64,000 bases of DNA from Oceanispirochaeta sp. (lineage in GTDB: Bacteria > Spirochaetota > Spirochaetia > DSM-2461). Each line of letters starts with the position of its first letter. Within the stretch, counting starts at the first letter, position 1. Location: positions 288,001-352,000 of the forward strand of contig CAXXOA010000002.1 in the NCBI GenBank assembly GCA_963666275.2, given 5' to 3'. This document shows positions 39,845-48,536 of this stretch, in pieces. The translations under genes were made by a program, and so were the position numbers. The notes below the pieces were generated by a model, which saw only the letters and a list, made by a program, of their open reading frames with translations, ran no database searches and had not been told where the DNA came from.

Positions 39845-40690
39845 TCATGCCGCTGCTGTTCTGTTGCGGGGTTTTCTCCGGTTTTCCAGCATATTCACAT
39901 ATTTGGCGGCTTCATTGAGTTTATAGAAGTTCAAATTTGTGTACTGAAAATGTCTGAGCAGAGCCGGTCCCATGTCTTCCAGGTTGGAAACTCCGCCGTT
40001 ATCGCCAAGTCCCGCAACAGTCACGCTGATGGATTCAGCACCACCGCGGATTGCCCGGAGGGAACTTTCATTGGCTGTTCCGAGTTTATTATGGCCATGA
40101 AATTCCAGGGGAGCATTGGTTCTCATTTTCACTGTTTCAAAGAATTTCTGAACATCCTCGGGAGAAACTCTTGTTTCCGAGTCTGCCAGTCTTACTCTCA
40201 GAGCGCCGTGATGGACTGCCCGGGATATAAACCTGTTCAATTTGATCAGATCCGCATTAAAAGGGTTGGAAACCCCCACGCTGACATAATCAAAGGATTT
40301 AAAACACTCTTTAATCATCTTTCCCATATCGTTTAGGGAAGATTCGAACTGGGTGGAAGAGACATTCCTGTCCACAATCTCTTCTGGAAAACAGAGATGA
40401 ATAGAGTTTGCGGAGCAGCGCCTGGCCAGTTCAATGGACTCCATGGACGCCTTGGCCCAGCAGGTAACCAGTGTATGGGGATTTTTGATTCTTATCTGCC
40501 TGATAACCCGGCTCTCTTTTGACCCTTTAGAGGGAATTCCCGCCTCAATTTCATGCACACCGGCTTTTGCAAGAAGATCTGCAACCTTCAATTTTTCGGC
40601 ATCAGTGTAATCCCGACCCTTCATCATGCTGCGTTCCCGAAGTGTAGAGTCGATAATCCATAAAGATTTACTTGCATCAAAATGTACCAT
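39845..40690 (-). CDS. Homocitrate synthase (NifV)-like DRE-TIM protein with degenerate motifs
   Basis: IIDSTLR, GVHEIEAGIP, RLADS, EFHGHN; 281 aa, TIM barrel only. Confidence 0.7.
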   Translation of the reverse strand: MVHFDASKSLWIIDSTLRERSMMKGRDYTDAEKLKVADLLAKAGVHEIEAGIPSKGSKESRVIRQIRIKNPHTLVTCWAKASMESIELARRCSANSIHLCFPEEIVDRNVSSTQFESSLNDMGKMIKECFKSFDYVSVGVSNPFNADLIKLNRFISRAVHHGALRVRLADSETRVSPEDVQKFFETVKMRTNAPLEFHGHNKLGTANESSLRAIRGGAESISVTVAGLGDNGGVSNLEDMGPALLRHFQYTNLNFYKLNEAAKYVNMLENRRKPRNRTAAA

Positions 40691-40743
40691 AACATCCTCC
40701 TGCTGAGAGTTTTTTTATCTCAGCCTCTATACTCAATACAAAT

Positions 40744-40760
40744 TGCAAGAGATGTGCCAA
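40744..40760 (-). promoter_or_regulatory. sigma54 (-24/-12) promoter
   Basis: TTGGCAC-ATCTC-TTGCA, exact GG-N10-GC spacing, about 55 nt upstream of the ATG. Confidence 0.8.
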
Positions 40761-40855
40761 AAAAATTGTCAGCGTTCTGTGAGAAAACAGTTATTTTCTA
40801 TATAAACATTTACGTGGTATTTTGACAGATCGGGGATTTAAGAAGAAAACAATAT

Positions 40856-40899
40856 TCATACAATTTTGTATGATCGAAGGGTTTATCCAACAAATCTGT
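40856..40899. promoter_or_regulatory. Candidate enhancer-binding-protein sites
   Basis: Palindrome TCATACAA-TT-TTGTATGA (40856-40873) and a second ACA-N4-TGT core (40890-40899), cores 30 bp apart. Confidence 0.5.
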
Positions 40900-40922
40900 A
40901 GAAATAATTCCAGAGTGCTCTG

Positions 40923-40951
40923 TTGACAGCAGATTCGGCAGTAGCTAAATT
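40923..40951 (+). promoter_or_regulatory. sigma70 promoter of nadE
   Basis: TTGACA-N17-TAAATT. Confidence 0.6.
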
Positions 40952-40982
40952 CAAAAGCAGGAAATCCTTAAGGGAGAATCAT

Positions 40983-42929
40983 TTGAAACCTTTTAACTTT
41001 TTACGAATAACAGCTCTTGTCCCTCCGGTAAAACCCGGAGGTGTGGAAAAAAATATCCGGTATATTCTCAATGGACTTGATAAACTCAGTCAGGAGTCTC
41101 CCGATCTGGTGGTTCTGCCAGAACTAAGCCTCTCCGGATATACCTGCGGAGATCTGTTCCGGCAGCGCACACTTCTGGAAAAATCCCTGGAAGCCCTTTC
41201 AACACTGGCAGAGCAGTCCCAGAAGTGGAACTTCCTTGTTATCGCGGGACTTCCTCTTATCTATAACAGCCGCCTCTACAACTGTGCGGCCCTTCTGGGG
41301 GGAGGAAAAGTCATCGGGATTGTCCCGAAGACCTATCTGCCCAACAGCAATGAATTCTATGAACAGAGATGGTTCGCCTCGGGGGCGGACATAAAAGGAA
41401 AAGAGATTCACCTGGGAGGGAACCCTGTACCCTTTGGAACGGACCTGATCTTTCAGGACAGGGAGAACCCTCTGTTCCGCCTGGGAATTGAGATTTGCGA
41501 AGACCTCTGGGGCCCTCTTCCTCCCAGTACCTATCAGGCTCTGGCCGGCGCCCTGATCATCGCCAACCCTTCGGCCAGTAACGAGCTTGTAGGAAAAGCC
41601 GACTACCGGAAAACGGTCACCTCCCAGCAGTCGGCCCGTTGTATCGCCGCCTATGTCTACACATCCTCCGGCCCGGGAGAATCCACCACCGACACAGTTT
41701 ACGGGGGGCATACCCTGATCTGTGAAAACGGACATATCCTCAGGGAGGGAGAACGTTTCTGCCAGGAGGAAACATCGATCACATCCGATGTGGATCTTGA
41801 GTTTCTGGAACATGAGAGGCTGAACTCGCCCTCTTTTTCCCAGACCGCGGAAAAGGAGCAGCAGAACCTGAATTTCCGCTCGATCCTCTTTGACCGCAAA
41901 AAAGTCACAAACCGGAAGGATCTGAAGAAAAACATCAATCCCCGGCCCTTTGTACCGGCGTCTCATCAGGACAGAGAGATCCGCTGCAGGGAAATATTCT
42001 CCATTCAGAGTACCGGACTTGTTTCCCGGCTGAAGCACATAGGCTGCCGGGATGTGGTTCTGGGCCTTTCGGGTGGACTGGATTCCACTCTGGCTCTGCT
42101 TGTAACAGTTGAGGCCTTCAAACGTCTGGGGCTGGACCTTCAGGGACTGCACTGCTACACCATGCCTGGATTCGGAACAACAGGAAGGACAAAAGGAAAC
42201 GCCCGGCTCCTTTGCGAAGAACTCGGCCTCCCCATTGAAACCATAGACATCCGGGATGTCTGCACTCTTCAGATGGGAGAACTGGAACATTCGGGAGAAC
42301 CTTCCGATGTAGCCTATGAAAATGTCCAGGCCCGGCAGAGAACCATGTTTCTTATGAACAAAGCCAACATGATCCGGGGAATTGTCATCGGTACGGGGGA
42401 TCTTTCCGAACTGGCTCTGGGCTGGTGTACCTATAACGGGGACCATATGTCCATGTATGCTGTCAATACGGGCGTTCCCAAAACCCTGGTTCAGTATCTG
42501 GTTCAGTATGTGGCGGATCATCATGAGAACAGAAAGGCTGCAGATATCCTCTACGATATCATCGACACACCGATCTCGCCCGAGCTTCTTCCTCCCGACC
42601 GGCAGGGAAACATTGCCCAGAAAACGGAAGATCTGATAGGCCCCTATGAACTGCATGACTTCTACCTCTATCAGATGATCCGCTGCGGCTTTTCTCCTGA
42701 GAAAACCCTGTTCCTGGCGGAAAATGCCTTCCAGGGGAAATACAGCCCCGAGATCATACAGAAATGGCTGGAACAGTTTATCAGGCGTTTCTTCTCCCAG
42801 CAGTTCAAACGATCCTGTCTGCCCGACGGGCCGAAAGTGGGAACCATTGCGCTGTCTCCCCGGGCTGACTGGCGGATGCCCAGTGATGCGGATATGGAAA
42901 TCTGGCTGAAGAATCTGCCTTCCAAATAA
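40983..42929 (+). CDS. nadE: Glutamine-dependent NAD+ synthetase
   Basis: Nitrilase-fold domain (PEL, PKTYLPN..EFYE, EICEDLW) plus GLSGGLDST, ENVQAR, QQFKRSCLPDGPK; TTG 40983 follows a GGGAG RBS. Confidence 0.95.
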   Translation: MKPFNFLRITALVPPVKPGGVEKNIRYILNGLDKLSQESPDLVVLPELSLSGYTCGDLFRQRTLLEKSLEALSTLAEQSQKWNFLVIAGLPLIYNSRLYNCAALLGGGKVIGIVPKTYLPNSNEFYEQRWFASGADIKGKEIHLGGNPVPFGTDLIFQDRENPLFRLGIEICEDLWGPLPPSTYQALAGALIIANPSASNELVGKADYRKTVTSQQSARCIAAYVYTSSGPGESTTDTVYGGHTLICENGHILREGERFCQEETSITSDVDLEFLEHERLNSPSFSQTAEKEQQNLNFRSILFDRKKVTNRKDLKKNINPRPFVPASHQDREIRCREIFSIQSTGLVSRLKHIGCRDVVLGLSGGLDSTLALLVTVEAFKRLGLDLQGLHCYTMPGFGTTGRTKGNARLLCEELGLPIETIDIRDVCTLQMGELEHSGEPSDVAYENVQARQRTMFLMNKANMIRGIVIGTGDLSELALGWCTYNGDHMSMYAVNTGVPKTLVQYLVQYVADHHENRKAADILYDIIDTPISPELLPPDRQGNIAQKTEDLIGPYELHDFYLYQMIRCGFSPEKTLFLAENAFQGKYSPEIIQKWLEQFIRRFFSQQFKRSCLPDGPKVGTIALSPRADWRMPSDADMEIWLKNLPSK

Positions 42930-43095
42930 GAAGATGCTAACCTATACTTAGGAGAAGACCGTAAATTTTACCGGTTGGGAAAAACAATTTCCCGGCCTGA
43001 AGATACCGGCTGATGCGTTGCATCCCAGGCCATTTTCATTGTGCCGCCGTGTCTCATCCAAGAGATTCCGGAGGACTTAAATACAGGAGATTCAA

Positions 43096-44550
43096 GTGAA
43101 AGAGACTGCAGATATTGGATTGATCGGTTTAGCCGTAATGGGGCAGAACCTGGTTCTGAATATGAACGACCATGGTTTTACTGTAGCTGTTTACAATAGA
43201 ACCACCTCTGTGACACAGCAGTTCAAAGAAGGTCCGGCAAAAGGGCGGGATACCATTCTGGGAACAGAGACTGTCGAAGAGTTCATTGGCTCACTCAAAC
43301 GTCCCCGGAAAGTCATGATCATGGTCAAAGCCGGGAAAGTCGTGGACATGGTAATTGAACAGCTGCTGCCCTACCTTGAAACAGGCGACATTATCATAGA
43401 CGGGGGAAACTCCCACTACCCGGATACCACAAGACGGGTGGAGGCCCTGGCGGAAAAGGGAATCCTCTTTGTGGGAAGCGGCGTATCAGGCGGAGAAGAG
43501 GGAGCCAGAAAAGGCCCTTCTCTCATGCCCGGTGGAAATCCTGCGGCCTGGGAATCGGTCAAACCGATCCTGCAGTCCATTGCAGCCCATGTTGACGGAG
43601 AACCCTGCTGCGACTGGGTCGGAGAACAGGGAGCCGGTCACTTTGTGAAAATGGTTCACAACGGAATCGAGTACGGGGACATGCAGCTTATCGGAGAGGT
43701 CTGGCACCTTATGAAAGACGGGGCGGGCCTCAACTACGATGAGACCAGCGCTCTTTTCAAAAAATGGAACACCGGGGCTCTGGACAGTTATCTTATTGAA
43801 ATAACAGGAGACATCCTTGCTTTTCGGGATGAGAAGGGAGAGCCTCTTGTTGAAAAGATTAAAGATACAGCCGGACAGAAAGGTACGGGAAAGTGGACCG
43901 GTATTGCCGCACTGGATGCGGGTATCCCCCTGACCCTGATTGCTGAAGCGGTATTCAGCCGCTGTCTGTCTGCCATAAAAGATGAAAGGCTCCTGGCCGA
44001 AAAGGCCTATCCTTCGGCAAAACCAGCGCCTCCTTCCGAAAAAGGAGCCTTCCTGAAGGATCTGGAAAAAGCTCTTCTGGCCTCCAAGATTATATCCTAT
44101 GCCCAGGGATTCATGCTTATGAAACAGGCGGCCGATGAAAACGGCTGGAATCTGAATTACGGCGGGATCGCTCTGATGTGGAGGGGAGGATGTATCATCC
44201 GCAGTACCTTCCTGGGAGAGATTAAAAAGGCCTATGATAAAAACCCGGCGCTGAAGAACCTGCTCCTGGACAGTTACTTTCAGAACATTATCAAAGAGAG
44301 CGAAGCCGCCTGGAGACGGGTGGTTATGAAGGCTGTGGAATGGGGCATTCCCGCTCCCGCCATGTCTTCGGCTCTGGCTTTTTTCGACGGATATAAAAGC
44401 GGCAGGCTTCCGGCCTCTCTGCTTCAGGCTCAGAGAGATTACTTCGGAGCCCATACCTATGAAAGGCTGGATAAACCGGCGGGAGAATTTTTCCATACCG
44501 ACTGGACCGGTCAGGGCGGTTCTGTCTCAGCCTCTACCTATACGGTCTAG
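43096..44550 (+). CDS. gnd: 6-phosphogluconate dehydrogenase, decarboxylating
   Basis: GLAVMGQN, VSGGEEGA, KMVHNGIEY, QKGTGKW, QAQRDYFGAHTY. Confidence 0.97.
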   Translation: MKETADIGLIGLAVMGQNLVLNMNDHGFTVAVYNRTTSVTQQFKEGPAKGRDTILGTETVEEFIGSLKRPRKVMIMVKAGKVVDMVIEQLLPYLETGDIIIDGGNSHYPDTTRRVEALAEKGILFVGSGVSGGEEGARKGPSLMPGGNPAAWESVKPILQSIAAHVDGEPCCDWVGEQGAGHFVKMVHNGIEYGDMQLIGEVWHLMKDGAGLNYDETSALFKKWNTGALDSYLIEITGDILAFRDEKGEPLVEKIKDTAGQKGTGKWTGIAALDAGIPLTLIAEAVFSRCLSAIKDERLLAEKAYPSAKPAPPSEKGAFLKDLEKALLASKIISYAQGFMLMKQAADENGWNLNYGGIALMWRGGCIIRSTFLGEIKKAYDKNPALKNLLLDSYFQNIIKESEAAWRRVVMKAVEWGIPAPAMSSALAFFDGYKSGRLPASLLQAQRDYFGAHTYERLDKPAGEFFHTDWTGQGGSVSASTYTV

Positions 44551-44606
44551 AGGCGAAAAACAGGAAAAACCGGGAGGGAAAGATCTGTTTTAACTCTGCT
44601 CCCGGT

Positions 44607-44636
44607 TTGACTTAGCACTTGCCCGCAGGGTATACT
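44607..44636 (+). promoter_or_regulatory. sigma70 promoter, leaderless geometry
   Basis: TTGACT-N18-TATACT, 7 nt before the carD ATG. Confidence 0.6.
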
Positions 44637-44643
44637 AACTGCT

Positions 44644-45144
44644 ATGGAAAAAACCAAGGAAACCCTTTTTAAAGCGGACCAGGAAGTGGTCTACCCCACG
44701 CAGGGGGTAGGTAAAGTTTTAAAAATAGAAGAAAAAGAGTTCAAAGGGCAGAAAGTCCTTTACTACGTTATTTATCTGGAAGTTTCAGATATGACCGTTA
44801 TGATCCCCACCTCAAAAGCTGAGGAACTGGGATTAAGAGCGATTGTTTCAGCCGATGAGTCCAAAAAAGCTCTGGAGCTGATCACCAAAGAGTACGAGCC
44901 TGTTCCCACAGACTGGAAAATGCGCTACCAGATGAATGTGGACCTTCTTAAAAAAGGTTCTGTTCTGGATATCGCCACTGTTGTAACCACCCTTTATCAC
45001 AGAAGCAAGATCAAAGAGCTGCCGATTCTGGAAAGAAAACTCTATGACAATGCTCTGAAACTTCTGATTGATGAGATTTCGTTCTCTCTGGGAAAAAGCA
45101 AGGACGATGTTGAACAGCTGATTTTCAGCAAACTAGAAGCATAA
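44644..45144 (+). CDS. carD: CarD family transcriptional regulator
   Basis: VVYP.QGVG, VMIP...LGLR, conserved W (DWKMRY); upstream of ispD-ispF. Confidence 0.9.
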   Translation: MEKTKETLFKADQEVVYPTQGVGKVLKIEEKEFKGQKVLYYVIYLEVSDMTVMIPTSKAEELGLRAIVSADESKKALELITKEYEPVPTDWKMRYQMNVDLLKKGSVLDIATVVTTLYHRSKIKELPILERKLYDNALKLLIDEISFSLGKSKDDVEQLIFSKLEA

Positions 45145-45148
45145 GCAG

Positions 45149-45805
45149 ATGATCAAAGCAGCCATTATTACCGCAGCCGGCCTCAGCAGCCGAATGCAGG
45201 GTAAAGGCAAAAAGGAACTGCATAGATTAAAGGGAAGAACCGTACTGGAACAGTCAGTTCTTCCTTTTGTTCTTTCTGAAGAGTTTAACTTTATTGTTGT
45301 CACCTATCCTGCAGGAAAAGAAGAAGATCTCAGAAAAGCCCTGCATCATATAAATTTTCCCATTTTTTATGTCGAAGGGGGGCAGACCCGTCAGGAATCT
45401 GTAAGGAACTCCCTGCTGGAGCTGGAAAAGAACAATACGGATATTGTCCTGATCCATGACGGAGCCAGACCTCATATCTCGGAAGCCCTGATTCAGAGAG
45501 TCCTGAAAAAAACCATTGAGCAGGGCAACGGAACCCCTGTTGTTCCCTCGACCAGTGCGATGAAACTCCTTTCACCTTCTGGAGATATTGAATCTCACCT
45601 GACAAGGAACCGCACCTTCAGTGCCCAGACACCTCAGGGATTCTCTTTCCCGGAAATCCTGGACGCCCATAACAGGGCCGATGAAGACAAGGGCAGCTAT
45701 ATCGATGATTCTGAGATCTGGAGCGTTTACGTCGGACCGGCCCATACCGTAGAGGGAGATCCTGACAATATAAAAATCACATACCCAGGGGATCTCCGCA
45801 AATAA
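45149..45805 (+). CDS. ispD: 2-C-methyl-D-erythritol 4-phosphate cytidylyltransferase
   Basis: AAGLSSRM, GG.TRQESV, IHDGARP, QTPQGF, NIKITYP.D. Confidence 0.93.
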   Translation: MIKAAIITAAGLSSRMQGKGKKELHRLKGRTVLEQSVLPFVLSEEFNFIVVTYPAGKEEDLRKALHHINFPIFYVEGGQTRQESVRNSLLELEKNNTDIVLIHDGARPHISEALIQRVLKKTIEQGNGTPVVPSTSAMKLLSPSGDIESHLTRNRTFSAQTPQGFSFPEILDAHNRADEDKGSYIDDSEIWSVYVGPAHTVEGDPDNIKITYPGDLRK

Positions 45806-46284
45806 TGAGAATAGGACAGGGATATGACATCCACCGCCTGACAGAAGGAAGACCTCTCATCCTGGGCGGAGTGACAATCCCCTTTGAAAAGGGAGAGGAC
45901 GGTCACTCCGACGGAGATGTTCTGATTCACGCGGTTATAGACGCTCTTCTGGGCGCCCTTGCCCAGGGAGATATCGGAACCCACTACCCCCCTTCGGATT
46001 CCCGATGGAAGGGCGTTTCCAGCCGAAAACTGCTGAAGGAAACCATGGAAAGGGTCAGCGGCAGCGGCTACAGCGTGGGAAACCTGGACTGCACCGTTAT
46101 TATGGAAAAGCCCAAACTCCTTCCCTATAGAGAGGCGATCAGACGCACCCTTGCCGAGGATATGGGCATCCCTTTAGAGGATATCTCTTTTAAAGCCAAA
46201 ACAAAGGAAAAACAGGATTCTGTCGGTCAGGGACTGGCCGTGGAGGCCATGGCGGCAGTCCTCCTGAAACGGAAGGATGCCTGA
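45805..46284 (+). CDS. ispF: 2-C-methyl-D-erythritol 2,4-cyclodiphosphate synthase
   Basis: RIGQGYDIH, GHSDGDVLIHA, GDIG.H.P. Confidence 0.95.
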   Translation: MRIGQGYDIHRLTEGRPLILGGVTIPFEKGEDGHSDGDVLIHAVIDALLGALAQGDIGTHYPPSDSRWKGVSSRKLLKETMERVSGSGYSVGNLDCTVIMEKPKLLPYREAIRRTLAEDMGIPLEDISFKAKTKEKQDSVGQGLAVEAMAAVLLKRKDA

Positions 46285-46927
46285 CTGGCCGGCAATCTTT
46301 GCAGAGCTCAATAAACTCAAAGAATCGGTAGACCTACCGTCGGTCTCCCTGATCGGAGAAGAAAACCGGGATCCCTACAGGATTCTGGTGTCGACTGTCA
46401 TTTCATTAAGAACAAAAGACGATGTCACCCTGAAATCCTCCAGAAAACTCTTTGAAGCAGCTCCGGACCTGGCCTCCCTGGATACCATGAATGAAGAGGA
46501 GATTGCCGAAAGGATCTACCCGGCAGGGTTTTACAGGGTGAAAGCCGCCAATCTGAAAAAAATTGCCGCCACTCTCCTGAGCGAAAACAGAGGAGAGATT
46601 CCTTCGGATCTGAATTCTCTTTTGAAACTTCCCGGAGTGGGACTGAAAACTGCGAACCTGGTTCTGAGCCTGGGATTCGGGATACCGGCCATATGCGTGG
46701 ATACCCACGTCCACAGGATTGCCAACCGAATGGGATGGATTTCCACAAAGAAGCCGGATGATTCTGTCCCAGCCCTGGAGGGAGTCCTTCCCCGGGAATA
46801 CTGGATCCCCGTCAACGAACTGCTTGTGCTCTATGGCCAGCAGATCTGCACTCCCCAGTCTCCCCGCTGTTCCCTCTGCCCCCTTACCACTCATTGCCGG
46901 AGGGTGGGGGTGGAAAAATCCCGCTGA
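46277..46927 (+). CDS. nth: Endonuclease III
   Basis: HhH LPGVGLKTA, VDTHVHR, C-X6-C-X2-C-X5-C cluster. Confidence 0.92.
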   Translation: MPDWPAIFAELNKLKESVDLPSVSLIGEENRDPYRILVSTVISLRTKDDVTLKSSRKLFEAAPDLASLDTMNEEEIAERIYPAGFYRVKAANLKKIAATLLSENRGEIPSDLNSLLKLPGVGLKTANLVLSLGFGIPAICVDTHVHRIANRMGWISTKKPDDSVPALEGVLPREYWIPVNELLVLYGQQICTPQSPRCSLCPLTTHCRRVGVEKSR

Positions 46928-46934
46928 GCCGTTT

Positions 46935-48536
46935 TTAATCTGTCAGTTCAATGGGGAGTTTCTTTCTATCGAACCGTTCTGTTTTCAAAGGATTCCCTCT
47001 GTCGTCATACTCCCAGACAGCCATGGCGGCGCCATCCCGGTTTTCCACGATCTGTTCATCAATACCGTAATAGGACTCAGACAGAATATTCCCGTATTTA
47101 TCATACTCCCACTGATAGATCGCCACCCCTTCGGGATTGGCTTTGTACTGACCGTAAAGACCGTACTGGCTCTGCTTGACCGCATTGCCTTCCTCATCGT
47201 ATTCCCAGCGGTAGGACGCGATGCCCTCTTTGTTCTCCACAGGTTTCTCCCTGTCATCCAGGTGTACTTCCGAAACCTTGTTGCCCTTGTCATCATAATC
47301 CCAGCGGTACAGAGCCACCCCGGTATTGTCTGAGATCAGTTCATCATAGTTGGAGTAGCTTCTCGATTCCACCATATTGCCCGCATCATCAAATTCATAC
47401 CGGTACATGGCAATCCCCCAGTAATCTTTCTTAAGGGTATTATCCACGTCATAATACTTCTCTTCGGTGATATGGCCCCGTTCGTCAAATACCCAGCGAT
47501 AGGAAGCAAAGCCCTTGTCATCCAGGACCAGCTGCAGATCTGGATCCAGATTTTTCTGTTCAAGCTCGTTCCCCTGGGGATAGTGGATCCAGCGGTACAC
47601 GGCGACCCCTTTGCTGTCGGGCACCAGGTTTCCCATAGCATCGTAGTGCTCTTCCCTTATCCTGTTGCCGAACTCATCATAGAACCAGCGGTACCGGGCC
47701 ACGTTGTTCAGATCCGAAGCGACCTCCCCGTTCACATCGAAATTCACTTTCCCCAGCCTGTTTCCTCTGTCATCCCAGCTGTAGGAGCAGGAGGAGATCC
47801 CCTGAGAGTTCAGAACAGGTTCTTCAAAGCTGTTGAGCCAGCTCTCCCGAATCAGATTCCCTTTTTCGTCCCACTCCCTGTGTACAGCTGCTGCGCCGTC
47901 TTCTCCTTCGACGGGTAGTCCCCGTTCATCCAGCTGCAGAACCAGACTCAGATTCCCGTTGCTGTCATAGAGATACTTATATTCATAGACCCCGTGGCCG
48001 TTGCTGACCCGGTTCCCCTTGGTATCAAAGAAGAGGGCGGAAACCTTTCTGTTGTTTTTATCCACGTCCCACATAACCGAAGCGACCCCGTCCCTGTCGG
48101 CTTTGAGGTTTCCATAGCGGTCATAATGAAACGAAGCGGTAACCGCTCCGGCGGGATTCTGTTTCATCCGGACCGAGTAGATACCCTGTTCATCGGGGAT
48201 CTCTCTTCCCCTGGAATCCAGATAAACCCGGCGGACATAGGAGCCGTTGTACTGAAACTGAATAACAGGCACTCCGAGAAGCGGGTCCGCCAGGGAGGTC
48301 CCGCTGCGGAGGTACTCGATCCGGCTGATCCTGCCGTCGGATGTTTTAGATATCTTATAGGAGTTAACCTTCTGGGCCGTCTCCTCAGTCAGGGGATAGA
48401 CTCCCTGAATCCTTTCACTCTCATCGATCCGGATCTTCCGGAAGTAGGCAATCTCTTCCATCGCCGATAGAGAGGAAAGGGCCACACCCGTAAATACAAG
48501 TATTATAACAATAGTTTTCAATATTCTGCTCATCAA
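46935..48536 (-). CDS. Secreted YD/RHS-like repeat protein
   Basis: Signal peptide followed by tandem 32-aa repeats with YD.xGN. Confidence 0.8.
   Translation of the reverse strand: MMSRILKTIVIILVFTGVALSSLSAMEEIAYFRKIRIDESERIQGVYPLTEETAQKVNSYKISKTSDGRISRIEYLRSGTSLADPLLGVPVIQFQYNGSYVRRVYLDSRGREIPDEQGIYSVRMKQNPAGAVTASFHYDRYGNLKADRDGVASVMWDVDKNNRKVSALFFDTKGNRVSNGHGVYEYKYLYDSNGNLSLVLQLDERGLPVEGEDGAAAVHREWDEKGNLIRESWLNSFEEPVLNSQGISSCSYSWDDRGNRLGKVNFDVNGEVASDLNNVARYRWFYDEFGNRIREEHYDAMGNLVPDSKGVAVYRWIHYPQGNELEQKNLDPDLQLVLDDKGFASYRWVFDERGHITEEKYYDVDNTLKKDYWGIAMYRYEFDDAGNMVESRSYSNYDELISDNTGVALYRWDYDDKGNKVSEVHLDDREKPVENKEGIASYRWEYDEEGNAVKQSQYGLYGQYKANPEGVAIYQWEYDKYGNILSESYYGIDEQIVENRDGAAMAVWEYDDRGNPLKTERFDRKKLPIELTD
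46938..48275 (-). repeat. About 14 tandem 96-bp (32-aa) coding repeats
   Basis: Consensus G(V/I)AxYRWxYDxxGNxxxxxxxDxxxxxxxxxx; 13 full-length units plus one shorter first unit. Confidence 0.85.

Noticed and set aside
40780..40915. Canonical NifA UAS (TGT-N10-ACA) upstream of the NifV-like gene
   Set aside because: No such spacing found; only ACA-N4-TGT palindromes are present, so the activator is left unassigned
40923..40982. ORF-track TTG start for nadE at 40923
   Set aside because: That TTG is the -35 box (TTGACA-N17-TAAATT); an RBS-supported TTG lies at 40983
41199..42656. 485-aa antisense ORF inside nadE (similar cases: 1011-1991, 27017-28105, 43486-44496, 57801-58859)
   Set aside because: Shadow ORFs opposite well-conserved genes, with no recognisable motifs; explained by codon bias on the sense strand
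46935..48536. RHS toxin interpretation
   Set aside because: No RHS core/DPxG motif, no toxin tip, no immunity gene, and it has a Sec-type signal peptide
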